From an uncultured bacterium (GTDB lineage: Bacteria; Hydrothermota; Tepidihabitantia; Tepidihabitantales; CAIPLT01), in the NCBI GenBank assembly GCA_964473505.1, contig CAYYPG010000001.1:1-56555 (forward strand): 56,555 nucleotides of DNA, written 5' to 3'. How positions within the stretch are numbered: the stretch's first letter is position 1; each line of letters opens with the position of its first letter. This document shows positions 29,288 through 39,920 of this stretch, in pieces. The notes under the pieces are model-generated. The model ran no database searches. It saw nothing but the letters and a program-made list of their open reading frames with translations, and was not told the DNA's origin. The position numbers were made by a program, and so were the translations under genes.

Positions 29288-29685
29288 ACGGATTATCAAA
29301 ATGATAAAATATATTCAAGTGTTGCGCATTCGGTTTTCAATCAACAATATTCAATCCACCCGACAAGAAGATCTGTCTTGCGACCACAAGGCATTTCAAC
29401 TTAATAAAGAATTTGGATCGGATGAGTAATATAAAAACATCCTTACATCCGCAAAATGGTCGTAAATTCATCATATATAAGTAAGTTGGTTAAACATTTT
29501 GCCATTATTATTAGGACACGAAAATTTTTAATCTCAGTCTGTAACTGAAGTAGGTTTTCTAATCGGTTAAACAGAGAAACTGTAGCGGTTAACAGAGCTG
29601 GTTTTTTCTATGTGAATAAATACAGAATACGCAATAGACATAAGATAACTGAAATGGTTGTCGTTAAAATAGAAACGTATATCCG

Positions 29686-30879
29686 ATGGTAAAAATTATT
29701 CAGATATTACATTGTTCGCCGTCTTGGGTTTCTCAGAACTTAGGAGAAAATATTTTTGATGGCTGGCAGACCAGGACCGCAAAAGCGCTACAAAGACTGA
29801 ATATGGCTAATTGTTTAATCGAGTGCTGGGTTGTGGAAAAGCAATATCGCAAACCAGTTGTGTTCCAAAAGGACGGTATTCGTTATCGTATTTTTCCCTC
29901 GTTTCCTTTAACCTATGGTCGGGAAATTTCTGTTGATCTGATAAAAGCAATTGAGGCTGAAAAAGCTTCGCCGGTAATTTTGCACATTCACGGGCTTTTT
30001 AATTGGACAACATATCTTATCGCTTTGTTATTTCCTGAGTTACCGATTGTCGTTCAACAGCATGGTGATTGTCCGCCACTTTATCTTTTAGGCCGACGCC
30101 AGCGACTTTTTCTCTTCTTGCCGCTGCTTTTATTTGAAGAGATGTTTATGCGTTATGTGTTGAAACGAATCGACTACATTTTTTGTTTAACCTCAACAGT
30201 GCAAAATGTCTTACATCTTTTGGGCATGAAAAATAAATGTTTTCTACAAGGTATGGGTGTCGATTTTAATTTATTTGTGCCCAGTTCTAAAATCCTATCC
30301 CGTAAGAAATTGAATCTGCCTGTTGATAAAAAGATTATAGTTTATGTGGGTAAAGCCTATACTTATAAAGGTTGTGACCAAGTTATTAATGCGTATCAAA
30401 AATTGAAAACAAAGTATGATATCGATCTTGTAATGGTAGGAGTTTCTAATGCTGACGAGTTATATCAATCAGCAGTTAAGGCGGGAGCCAAAATTTTTTC
30501 GCGGGTTAACCATGAGGAACTTGTCGATTTCTATCGCTCGGCAGATGTTTATGTTTTACCAGGCTCGAAGATTTTTAATCGTTGGGGTGGTATCGGTGTG
30601 AGCACAATTGAAAGCCTGGCTTGTAATATTCCAGTTGTTTCTGGAACCTTGATTCATTTTCCGAACAAAATTTATACTGTCGGATTTTGTGCCGAAAGTT
30701 TCGAGCAAATCATCAATGGTATTGAATATATTTTTAATCATCCGCAATCATTTAACGGTGTTCGCGAACAGGCGCAAAAATATTATGATTGGCGAGTAAT
30801 TAGCCAAAACACCCTGAAGATTTATCAAATGCTTTTAGATAAATACTATAATCTCCAGTTGACATTTGATACAAACTAA
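29686..30879 (+). CDS. Glycosyltransferase family 4-like
   Basis: GT-B C-terminal pattern: VGKAYTYKGCD and RWGGIGVSTIESLACNIPVV. Confidence 0.7.
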   Translation: MVKIIQILHCSPSWVSQNLGENIFDGWQTRTAKALQRLNMANCLIECWVVEKQYRKPVVFQKDGIRYRIFPSFPLTYGREISVDLIKAIEAEKASPVILHIHGLFNWTTYLIALLFPELPIVVQQHGDCPPLYLLGRRQRLFLFLPLLLFEEMFMRYVLKRIDYIFCLTSTVQNVLHLLGMKNKCFLQGMGVDFNLFVPSSKILSRKKLNLPVDKKIIVYVGKAYTYKGCDQVINAYQKLKTKYDIDLVMVGVSNADELYQSAVKAGAKIFSRVNHEELVDFYRSADVYVLPGSKIFNRWGGIGVSTIESLACNIPVVSGTLIHFPNKIYTVGFCAESFEQIINGIEYIFNHPQSFNGVREQAQKYYDWRVISQNTLKIYQMLLDKYYNLQLTFDTN

Positions 30880-30882
30880 AAA

Positions 30883-31887
30883 ATGCTTTGCCGGTATATT
30901 AAAAAATCAAAGTTTAGTTCCGTGTCGCCTAAAGTCGGTTTTATTACTTGGTATACCGCAACTCGTTCACGAATCTTAGCGAAAGAACTCAAAGCCGATT
31001 TAATTACGATGAGGTATAAGCCGAAGGCTCGTTTTATTAGATTACTCTCCACACCATTAATAATTGGCTTAACGCTTTTAAAATTATCACGAAAAAATTA
31101 TGATATAGTTTTCGCGCAAATTCCGCCTCTCGGTTCGGCTTTGGCAGGTTTTCTCTATTCGAAGATTTATAGTAAAAAACTGATATTTGATACTCATTCT
31201 GGTCTCTTTTTTCCTAAGTGTTGGCATCAGAATTTATACTTGTTATTCTACCGGATAATGCTAAAATATATCACTATGAATCTTGTGCATAATGAAGGAA
31301 TTCTTAAGCGTAGTACACTTAACAATACCCGAACCATAGTCTTAGAAGATAGATTGCCGTTTAAATTGTTGGACAGTAACTTGCATCCTAACCGAGAAAG
31401 ATTTCGGATTGCGGTGATTTGTGGTTATGGCAAAGACGAACCACTGCAGATAATATTAGAAAGTATCAGATTAGTACCGGAAGTAGAATTCTATTTAACC
31501 GGCGATTCTCGCGTTCTAAAAACGAAATATTTCCTTCCTGAAAATATCATCTTAACCGGCCATCTAATTGATGATGAGTATGAAAAATTCTTAAGAACAG
31601 CTGATGCAATCATGGCCCTTACTAATCGTCCCGATACAGTGCTTTGTGGAGCTTATGAAGCAGTAAGTTTGGCAAAGCCGTTAATTACATCTGATTTACC
31701 AATGTTGCGAAAATATTTTTCTAAAGGTACAATTCATGCAACCAATGATGCCCACTCAATTGCATCAGCAATAAGACTACTGGTCAATAACTATGAACGA
31801 TTACAAAACGAAATGCGGGAATTGAGAAAAGAAAAAGAAATAGTCTGGCAAGAACAATTTAAACCCTTAAAGCAATTATTATCATAA
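30883..31887 (+). CDS. Putative glycosyltransferase (GT-B-like)
   Basis: It lies 3 nt after the preceding GT. The C-terminal TNRPDTVLCGAYEAVSLAKPLITSD resembles the GT1/GT4 donor-binding region. The match is weak. Confidence 0.5.
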   Translation: MLCRYIKKSKFSSVSPKVGFITWYTATRSRILAKELKADLITMRYKPKARFIRLLSTPLIIGLTLLKLSRKNYDIVFAQIPPLGSALAGFLYSKIYSKKLIFDTHSGLFFPKCWHQNLYLLFYRIMLKYITMNLVHNEGILKRSTLNNTRTIVLEDRLPFKLLDSNLHPNRERFRIAVICGYGKDEPLQIILESIRLVPEVEFYLTGDSRVLKTKYFLPENIILTGHLIDDEYEKFLRTADAIMALTNRPDTVLCGAYEAVSLAKPLITSDLPMLRKYFSKGTIHATNDAHSIASAIRLLVNNYERLQNEMRELRKEKEIVWQEQFKPLKQLLS

Positions 31888-32006
31888 AGATGACGATACT
31901 GTTTTCAGTGCAAGATTTAGCGATTTCAGAAATTTGTAGTTTGCTCTAATCTTATTTATTTGTGATTTATTGGTAAATTGATTTATGTTTCTGGAATTAA
32001 TTTAAT

Positions 32007-32432
32007 ATGACCGTAATAAAATTTCGAAGACTAAAACCAGTCCCATTTCCCCAATACCAAACTGCAGAAGCTTCGGGTATAGATTTACATTCAGCAGAAT
32101 CTTTAACAATTAAACCAGGAGAGTTTCAAGTAATTGACACGGGTATTGCCATTGAATTACCCAAAGGTTTAGAAGCACAAGTCAGGCCTCGTTCAGGATT
32201 AGCTGTAAAATATGGAATTGGAGTGCTAAATAGTCCAGGAACAATTGACGCTGATTATCGGGGTGAGATAAAAGTAATTTTATTTAATTTCGGCAAAAAA
32301 ACCTTTAAAATCAAAAAATACGACCGCATTGCACAATTAGTGTTTTCTTCGGTAACAAAAGTTACTTTGAAAGAACAGAAAAAATTGTCTAAAACTGCTC
32401 GGGGTTCAGGTGGCTTTGGCCATACTGGATAA
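32007..32432 (+). CDS. dut: dUTP diphosphatase
   Basis: ASGIDL, RPRSGLA, GTIDADYRGE and the C-terminal RGSGGFGHTG are the five dUTPase motifs. Confidence 0.92.
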   Translation: MTVIKFRRLKPVPFPQYQTAEASGIDLHSAESLTIKPGEFQVIDTGIAIELPKGLEAQVRPRSGLAVKYGIGVLNSPGTIDADYRGEIKVILFNFGKKTFKIKKYDRIAQLVFSSVTKVTLKEQKKLSKTARGSGGFGHTG

Positions 32433-33020
32433 CTTGTGAACTACCTTATTTTAGTCTTAAGTCCACTCGGTTTTAATACTATTTAAACACCAACATAGGT
32501 ATTACCGCTAATTGAGAACTCTAAAAAGTGCTTGCCTAACCCGAGTTTTAATTATTTTCATGTCAGCAACACTAATAAATATCGCCATATCGGGATTCTA
32601 CTTGCGCAGTCGTGCATAAAGAAAGATTAGCAGAAGGCGACGATTACCCAAAATATTATGCTGAGCTGAAGCAAAGTGAGACGAAATCAACTTCGGCTAA
32701 CAAAAGAGAAATTTTGCAGAACTTTCTATTTAGTAATATCGCGGTAAGTTAAATTCCTTTTAGGATATTTTGCTATTGGTCTTCTTCATCAACTCAACCA
32801 AAGATTTTTTAACTCTGCGATGCCTATTAGCCTTACAGTTAAAGTATTGACATCTTTCATTATCAATATTACTCTTATATATCTCAAACACCTCGTCTCT
32901 GATTATTATGTACTTTCCCGCTTGCAAAATTTTTCGTGCGCAACGTTCAATGTCTTTGTGCGCTAAATCTAAATAGAAAAATCTTTTTGAATATAACTCT
33001 AATTTATTCTATAATTTATT

Positions 33021-35726
33021 CTATCTTAAAATAACTGCTTTTTGAATCAAACTGCCTTGAGGAGTTTTTAGTTCGCAAAAATAGATGCCGTTCGTTAATT
33101 TTTTGGAATTTTGGTCAGTACCATCCCAATTAATACTAGAACCAGAAACCTTGACTGTCTTTATTAAAGCCCCGGAAAGATTGTAAATATTCAATTGAGC
33201 ATTATCGGTAACTGGTAATGGGAAGCGAATAGTTGTCCGGTCAGAAAACGGATTAGGAGATAAAGATAGAGTGTATAGGTTATTTATTACTCGAGTCGGA
33301 GTTCTCGTTTCGGTCTCTTCGATACCAGGTAGGCGTTCGCCGAAAAATGTCAGAATTCGACGCATTACATCCCATTTTTGAATATACCTTAAAGGCGAAT
33401 GATTAATGGCTTCAAATGGCATGCCGAAATATACAACTTTATAATTTCCACTATAGTGGATCGCACCGTAAATTGTTGTATCTGGATATCCGCGATACCA
33501 AAAGCATCCCCTAGCTCCACTAAGTGGCCTGATGCCGTCATTGGAACGAGAATTGCCGGCGCCACCAGCACCTCCTAAGACAACTGTATCGCCGTAAATG
33601 CCACCAATCGGGTCATTAGGCACACCGATTGCAAAAAGAATACCAGTACTATTAGTTACATAAGATGCCCGAAGATAATTGGAATAGAAGGAAGACGAAC
33701 CAATATGTTGACCTAAATTTTGTCCGCAAATGAAGAGTTTGTTTCCCAAGTTAAGATAACTGGTGAGATTGGTAATATCGGTAGTTGTTAGGGTGTTCAA
33801 ACTGTCTAAACCTGTAAACCAGACTGTTACCGGGTAATTGGATAGTGTTTCTAATGGTGGCGAACCCGCACTGGTTACAGTCCAAAGTCGATAGAAGGTT
33901 TTCAACGAATCAATTGCTTCTTTATAGTATATTTCATAATTAGCACCTTCATCATCATCTACTAAAAGAATTCGGGGAAAACAGATGTTAACATAGATTG
34001 TATCTAAAGTGCTTAAAGATGGCGGGTTGGCATTTTTCTGAATAATAAATCTAACTCGATGAGGTACGGCATTGGCATTAACAGTAAAGACAAAGGAATC
34101 CGCAGAACAATTTTGGGATGCACCGGCATTAATGTTAGGAAAATTGGCTGTGTTTTTGATAATTGTAACATCTGGGTCATTAGTAATGAGTATTGCCGAT
34201 ACATTGGTGGCATTTTGATAACCTCGTTCATTGGTTAAGGTTATGATCAAACTTACGGTCTCGTTATTTTGTGGATAGTTATTGTTCCCATCATTTATTC
34301 GGAAGTCGGTGGTTTTAAGATGACTTCTAATTGGCTGATATATTGCTTTGGTAGCATTAATACGTCCATAACCGCAATTTCCTGCAGCGTATTGGGGATC
34401 AGGCATTGGATCGCAGGACTGGAAAATTCTTAGAGTGCATTCAGCATTAGTCATTCGAGGGTACATTGATTTTATGAGTGCGGCAAGACCGGCAACGCAC
34501 GGTGTTGACATTGAGGTACCATCCCAAGCACCATATCCATTATTGGGGTCTGTGGTCAGTACCGCTGTGCCCGGAGCACAAACATCGACAAATGGGCCAT
34601 AATTTGATTGTCCCGGACCCGGCCAATCTGAAAGATAGTCATTCTGATCAGTTGCTGCAACACAGATAACATTTTGATAACATGCCGGATATCTCAATAC
34701 GCCTGGTGGATGGGTTTCACAATTACCTGCGGAAGCCATTAAAACACAACCGCCAGCCCAGGCATAATTGATTGCATCTTGATATGCTTGTTGATAAACT
34801 GAACCACCAAAGGACATACTTACTGCCCAAACTCGGCGAGTTACCGCATAATAAAGTGCCGGTAAATAATTGTAAATATAACCACTGTGGCCACAGCGTG
34901 CATCGACATAACGACAACCCCAACTATAACTGGCAATCCCGACATTATTATCAGTATGAGCGATAGGAATGCCGACACAGTTTGTGCCATGGTCATCTCC
35001 AGGATTAGGATAAGGATTAGGGTCATTGCCAATCCAGTCCCAACCAATCACATCATCCGTATATAAGTTTCCGTCTTGGTCAATACCATCGAAATCACCG
35101 CCTTGAGATGCAGGATAAGGGTCAAATCGTCGGTTGTTATTAATATCTTCAGCAGTATTAATGGAATAGACATATTTCAAATCATCATGATTATAATCAA
35201 TACCGCAATCAATAATCATTACCGTTACAGTGGAATCGCCTAAAATGCCATCCCAAGCTAAAGCACATTGAGATTTAAACAAGTGCCATTGGGAACTGTA
35301 ATAAGGGTCATTAGGTATGCGGTCCACTTGAAAGATGTAATCAGGTTCAGCATATTGAATAACACCGGTTTTCTCGTAATCTTTTATTATTTGCATCACA
35401 TCTTTGCTTTCAGGAAAATCAAAACGATAGAATAAATCCATACCATATTGCTTAGCCAATTCGCTGGGATTGGGATCAGGAATAATTTTTTCTACTTTAT
35501 AAACTTGCCATTGTCGGTTTAACTGGTCAATTTGCAAAATATTGGTTTTTGCGATACCGTCAACAACTTCAGTCTCAATTTTACCCCGAAATTCCGGCTT
35601 AAATTTTACAATCATTGTTCCGAGTAAATATCGGTTACCGTTTGCTATGCCAACACCTCGCAGGAATTCAGCCGAAGTTAGACTAATAAGCGTTAACAAA
35701 ATAAAAATAATAATTTTATTTAACAT
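33021..35726 (-). CDS. Secreted S8 subtilisin-like serine protease with T9SS-type C-terminal sorting domain
   Basis: Catalytic triad contexts are IDCGIDYNHDDL (Asp), DDHGTNCVG (His) and GTSMSTPCVAG (Ser). It has a signal peptide. The C-terminus is NGIYFCELKTPQGSLIQKAVILR. Confidence 0.85.
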   Translation of the reverse strand: MLNKIIIFILLTLISLTSAEFLRGVGIANGNRYLLGTMIVKFKPEFRGKIETEVVDGIAKTNILQIDQLNRQWQVYKVEKIIPDPNPSELAKQYGMDLFYRFDFPESKDVMQIIKDYEKTGVIQYAEPDYIFQVDRIPNDPYYSSQWHLFKSQCALAWDGILGDSTVTVMIIDCGIDYNHDDLKYVYSINTAEDINNNRRFDPYPASQGGDFDGIDQDGNLYTDDVIGWDWIGNDPNPYPNPGDDHGTNCVGIPIAHTDNNVGIASYSWGCRYVDARCGHSGYIYNYLPALYYAVTRRVWAVSMSFGGSVYQQAYQDAINYAWAGGCVLMASAGNCETHPPGVLRYPACYQNVICVAATDQNDYLSDWPGPGQSNYGPFVDVCAPGTAVLTTDPNNGYGAWDGTSMSTPCVAGLAALIKSMYPRMTNAECTLRIFQSCDPMPDPQYAAGNCGYGRINATKAIYQPIRSHLKTTDFRINDGNNNYPQNNETVSLIITLTNERGYQNATNVSAILITNDPDVTIIKNTANFPNINAGASQNCSADSFVFTVNANAVPHRVRFIIQKNANPPSLSTLDTIYVNICFPRILLVDDDEGANYEIYYKEAIDSLKTFYRLWTVTSAGSPPLETLSNYPVTVWFTGLDSLNTLTTTDITNLTSYLNLGNKLFICGQNLGQHIGSSSFYSNYLRASYVTNSTGILFAIGVPNDPIGGIYGDTVVLGGAGGAGNSRSNDGIRPLSGARGCFWYRGYPDTTIYGAIHYSGNYKVVYFGMPFEAINHSPLRYIQKWDVMRRILTFFGERLPGIEETETRTPTRVINNLYTLSLSPNPFSDRTTIRFPLPVTDNAQLNIYNLSGALIKTVKVSGSSINWDGTDQNSKKLTNGIYFCELKTPQGSLIQKAVILR

Positions 35727-35773
35727 AAAGTCCTCCGAAAATAAATTTTAATACCATCATTAATGATAAATAA

Positions 35774-35802
35774 ATTATAAATTGTAATCACTGCTGTGTC
35801 AA
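35774..35802 (-). promoter_or_regulatory. Consensus sigma70 promoter TTGACA-N17-TATAAT (minus strand) for the S8 protease gene
   Basis: The reverse complement reads TTGACAcagcagtgattacaattTATAAT. The SD GGAGG and the ATG lie about 45 nt downstream. Confidence 0.65.
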
Positions 35803-35977
35803 GAAATAGATTTAAAGGCTTTTTCATCTCGTACGACAAATAGATTATCAATAGCTAATATTTGATTATATATGCTAACTTTAATCAAGAATTCTTGACT
35901 CGTAACTTAAGTTTTTTTAAAGGGAAACGATAAAATTACTGATAATTAGTGATAAAAATTTAGTTTTGTCTTACTTT

Positions 35978-36892
35978 TTAAATTACTTTTTGAAAAATTT
36001 CGGTATTATTCTGAACTAATGTTGGAGCGATTATTTGGTCAAATCTCTTAATACATTCAAGTGCGGATTCTTTAGGCCGGACTTCAAAGATAAAATAGGC
36101 ATTCGTATTCGCGAGTAATTCGAAATAGGGCTGAAAATTAATATTACCTTCACCAATGATATTATGTTGATCCCATTCGCCATTGTTATCGTGGATATGG
36201 CAGTTTTTGATATGTCGGTGATTGTCCCAAAAGAATTTTAGTTCTTGTTCTTTCTCTATTCCAGAAAAACGATTAATATGACCGATGTCCATTGTTAAGC
36301 CGAATCTTCCGCCTAATAATTGCGGAATCATATTGAGCACAAAGGGATAGCGAAAGCCACCAACATTTTCCAAACAGAGCATTGTTTTCGGTGGAATATT
36401 TTTTTTGAGTTTCAACAAAGCACTATAAAGATGTTGATTGTAAAAATCAGGGTAAATCTCAAAAGTTCGAAATTTTTGTGCCGAGATCCCAAAACTCATA
36501 TCCGTACCTAAATGGAAGGTAACGCGCTTGACGCCAACTTCTTGTGTTTGTTGGAGCAATTTGATTAATGATTTGATAACAAAATTTTGAGTTGATTGGT
36601 CAGGAATAAAAAATGAGAGGCCTTCAGGAGCATGAAAAAGCAAGGTCATTTTATGTTTTCGCAAGTATTTTGCAATGATTCGGCGGTTTTTGGCATTATG
36701 AATTTGTTGAGCGAAATCAATATTATTAAGATTTAATTCTAACACTCTAATTTTATGGTCTAAAGCAAACTCGCAAGCTGAGAGAATATTATCAAAATCG
36801 AAAAGAATTTGAATGCCTAACCGCTTTTTAATCTTCGCCACTATTTTAGATGTTTGATGGGTAGGAAAACCGGTCATGGGGTAAGCATTCAA
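35978..36892 (-). CDS. Sugar phosphate isomerase/epimerase (xylose isomerase-like TIM barrel)
   Basis: FHLGTD, LENVGG, DIGH and HIHDNNGEWDQH resemble the metal-ligand pattern of the AP-endonuclease-2/TIM family. Confidence 0.65.
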   Translation of the reverse strand: MNAYPMTGFPTHQTSKIVAKIKKRLGIQILFDFDNILSACEFALDHKIRVLELNLNNIDFAQQIHNAKNRRIIAKYLRKHKMTLLFHAPEGLSFFIPDQSTQNFVIKSLIKLLQQTQEVGVKRVTFHLGTDMSFGISAQKFRTFEIYPDFYNQHLYSALLKLKKNIPPKTMLCLENVGGFRYPFVLNMIPQLLGGRFGLTMDIGHINRFSGIEKEQELKFFWDNHRHIKNCHIHDNNGEWDQHNIIGEGNINFQPYFELLANTNAYFIFEVRPKESALECIKRFDQIIAPTLVQNNTEIFQKVI

Positions 36893-36927
36893 AAGTTAAA
36901 TCTTATTGGAAAAGTTTAAGAACAGAT

Positions 36928-37164
36928 TTATACGACTTCAACTCTTTGAACTTCAGGAACAGCGTCTTTAAGTGTTTTTTCCACACCTAAAGTTAAAGTC
37001 ATTTGTGAGAAAGGACAACTAGCACAAGCACCTTGTAAACGTACCTGCACAACGCCATTATCTAAAATTTTAACCAATTCAATATTACCACCATCAGCCT
37101 GAAGACTTGGTCGAATCGTTTGTTCAATTAAATTTTTTATTTTTTCTTTAGTTTCTTCAGTCAT
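36928..37164 (-). CDS. NifU/Nfu-like Fe-S cluster scaffold domain protein
   Basis: A 78-aa protein. IRPSLQADGGNIELV and GACASCPFS (CxxC) are typical of the Nfu C-terminal domain. Confidence 0.8.
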   Translation of the reverse strand: MTEETKEKIKNLIEQTIRPSLQADGGNIELVKILDNGVVQVRLQGACASCPFSQMTLTLGVEKTLKDAVPEVQRVEVV

Positions 37165-37536
37165 TTTTGGTCTCCTTAAATAACCACAGAAAACATAAAG
37201 ATTTTTTGCATATCAACAAATTAGCAAAATCAAACCTATTAGCATTGTTCTTTAATTTATTACTCATATAGCACATTATCGTTTGAATACCAGCCTTAAA
37301 AACAACCAGCAATTTATTATGAGAAGACTTTTGAAAATGCCATAAAAAGTCTAAAACTTCCGGAAGAAAACAAGTAGTTACTTTAAGCATATAATGGCTA
37401 TTAGGCAGAAGTCAAACTTGTCAGGATTTTCGATAATCGTTATGACTGTGGTTATTATATGATTTTTCATTTAATTTTGAGTGTATAAGTAAATTGTTTT
37501 CGCACATTTTAAAGCATTTGATGTAAAATTCTAAAT

Positions 37537-38541
37537 CTAAATTCTCCAATTGTCAAACATTTTATTATCTAAAGGCTCAGCAACAATTACTTTTTCACCG
37601 ACACAAACTTTTACCAATTGTCCTTGATGATCGCTGTACCGTGCGCATATTCCTGCGGCTAGTGATATAATCTTTTCATTACAAATAGTATCTCCATATT
37701 GGAGATTTCTAATTAATATTACTGGTCCAGGTGCTTCTAATGGTTGTAATATTATATCCGTAGGTAGTTTCAACTGTAATAACTTCTCATTTTCTTTTTC
37801 ATCTCGGCCAACAATTATTTTTATTGGAGGAAGTTGCTCACTATTAGTTGGTCGAATCCGAAAATGACGACCAACTTTTAATGATTCTATATCATTTAAA
37901 GTATTCTCTTGGTGTAGAAAGGCATCGCGGAGTCGTTGAGAAAATTGTGGGTCAGTCAAAAGACAACCTCCAGCCGGTTGGGGAATTTCTTTAATCTGAT
38001 ATTGCTGGGCTAATAATAATTGGGGTTTACGCAAACGACCTTGGATGCCAAGCAATCGGTTGCGTTCGATCAATCCTTGAGTTTCAAGAATGGTTGGTTC
38101 TAACAATTGGGCTGAAAGAGGTCTTAATAATCTTCCTTTCAGTCCAGATTCTGTTTCAATTAACTTTAAGGCGTGTCGATTTTGAGACAGTGGGCGCTCA
38201 CCTAAAACTTCACCAGTAAAGACAAAATCAGCACCAACAGCTTCCATCAATTCTTTGCTTTTCTTTAACATATAAATATGACAATCAATACACGGGTTAA
38301 GATTTTTGCCATAACCGAACTTTGGATGTTTGATTAATTTTATATACTCATCGCCGAAATGGATAATCTTTAACTCAATATTAAGTTCTTGGGCGACTTT
38401 ACGGGCACGATGGGAATTATCAAAAAATGGAGATACAAAACATACCGCAATAACTTTAATACTTAGTGAATTAACCAGATAGGTGGCTAAAATGCTGTCT
38501 AAACCACCGGATAAAAGACCAATGCCCGTAAGTTGCTTCAT
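37537..38541 (-). CDS. PP-loop ATP pyrophosphatase, tRNA thiolation enzyme-like (ThiI/MnmA superfamily)
   Basis: The SGGLDS PP-loop is at the N-terminus. NPCIDCH and FTGEVLGERPLSQ are also present. Confidence 0.6.
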   Translation of the reverse strand: MKQLTGIGLLSGGLDSILATYLVNSLSIKVIAVCFVSPFFDNSHRARKVAQELNIELKIIHFGDEYIKLIKHPKFGYGKNLNPCIDCHIYMLKKSKELMEAVGADFVFTGEVLGERPLSQNRHALKLIETESGLKGRLLRPLSAQLLEPTILETQGLIERNRLLGIQGRLRKPQLLLAQQYQIKEIPQPAGGCLLTDPQFSQRLRDAFLHQENTLNDIESLKVGRHFRIRPTNSEQLPPIKIIVGRDEKENEKLLQLKLPTDIILQPLEAPGPVILIRNLQYGDTICNEKIISLAAGICARYSDHQGQLVKVCVGEKVIVAEPLDNKMFDNWRI

Positions 38542-39199
38542 AATTTTTAGAGTTTTGATGATATTTATTTTTTATATTTTAGTTATTATTTAGTTATTAT
38601 TTTGAATTACATATTATTTGTCTTTAGTTTATTTAGTAATTATAAAGTATAATCTAAAGAGATTCAAGCAGAGTTGTGAGTTTATCGTTGTGAGTAACGC
38701 AGTATATCTGAAGCAAAGCTGAATTGTATAAGACTTGGTATAAGAATGAGCGAGTGCATCAATCACTTAACTATCAGACTGCTAAAGAAAGTATTAGAGC
38801 AGTCACGACATTATCAATTGATAAAGTATGAAAAAGTGTACGATAAATTAAGTTCCTTTTTGTCCGGAAACAAGGGGGCAGTGCGTTTTCTTCCAAACAA
38901 GTCATTATTAATACATTCTTATCCTTTTTCATTACAACTATTCTTTCGGATTCTCAAGCGAGAGATATTGTCAATGTTTGTGGAAATTTGTTATAGTTAA
39001 GCATATCTTTTTTCTTTGTGTAAGGTTTCATCAAGCTGTTTCTGTTGATACACGATTGACGTAATCAATTCCAGATAACTTAACCGCGTCCATCCGTTCT
39101 CTAATCTCGACATTATCTATATATAATTATATCTATACTTATAAAATATATCCACCCCCTCAAAATTTTTCTTTTTTGTTTGATGCTAACTCCATAGAT

Positions 39200-39219
39200 A
39201 CTCTACTTAAAAGTAGAGT
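39200..39219. other. Perfect 9-bp hairpin ACTCTACTT-AA-AAGTAGAGT at the outer edge of the left repeat arm
   Basis: The halves are exact reverse complements. A near-identical hairpin is at 39901-39920. Confidence 0.8.
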
Positions 39220-39291
39220 TAATTTTATGCCCAATAATTGGGTAGTAATCTAATTAATTGCTTGGTTGACAAGGGGTTAAATAATCCAATC

Positions 39292-39363
39292 GGTTGTCCA
39301 AAGAGGAGATAGGGGAGGTATTCCCTGGGTAGTCCTGGGGGTTAATTGGGTGATAGTCAATCC
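39292..39363. repeat. 12-bp-phased array, 6 units (left arm)
   Basis: ggttgtccaaag/aggagatagggg/aggtattccctg/ggtagtcctggg/ggttaattgggt/gatagtcaatcc. Confidence 0.7.
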
Positions 39364-39772
39364 GATTACTTAAAAAGCAACCTCGTAGGTCAAGTAATAC
39401 TATGACTTTATGTATGAACCGAAACAAATTGATGGGTGCTTGCAGAAAGAGAAAAGAAATACCTATTTATGATGGGCTTCCATTACCGTTCTCATTATCT
39501 ATCCCAGATAGAATAACAAAATAACTACCTATAAATAAATACCCATAAATATAAACTATAGATCTATCTATAATACATTTCTACTAATACTGACTATGTC
39601 TCTTGCAGAAAAAGAAGAGTTATATCTAACGATGAAAAATTTCCGCTAATTTTGACAATTTCTTTTTTATTTTTACCATAACACAGCATGTTTTCAATTT
39701 TCTCAAACATTTGATTATATCTCTTTTCTGATTATTTACCAGCAACTGCTTAGTCTTCTGGGTAAACTCAAA

Positions 39773-39868
39773 GATAGTCTAAATGGCTATCCCATAGATG
39801 ACCCAGGAGATAACCCACAGGTATACCCCCAGGATATCCCTCCTGTCTACCCATTAGATAGTCTAACC
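39773..39868. repeat. 12-bp-phased array, 8 units (right arm)
   Basis: gatagtctaaat/ggctatcccata/gatgacccagga/gataacccacag/gtatacccccag/gatatccctcct/gtctacccatta/gatagtctaacc. Confidence 0.8.
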
Positions 39869-39900
39869 TATTGTTTGCTAAATAATTAACTAAATTCCTT

Positions 39901-39920
39901 ACTCTGCTTATAAGTAGAGT
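39901..39920. other. Hairpin ACTCTGCTT-AT-AAGTAGAGT at the outer edge of the right repeat arm
   Basis: It differs by one G-T mismatch from the 39200 hairpin and sits at the mirror-image position. Confidence 0.75.

Noticed and set aside
32760-33008. An 82-codon stop-to-stop frame on the minus strand just after the S8 protease gene (…YLDLAHKDIERCARKILQAGKYIIIRDEVFEIYK…RHRRVKKSLVELMKK…).
   Set aside because: It has no ATG or GTG, only an internal TTG giving 55 aa. There is no SD and no family was recognised. It could be a gene remnant, but this cannot be supported.
38746-39000. An 84-aa ORF in the gene-free region, and ORF 37157-37390 upstream of the nfu-like gene.
   Set aside because: They have no SD, no motifs and a composition typical of AT-rich non-coding DNA.
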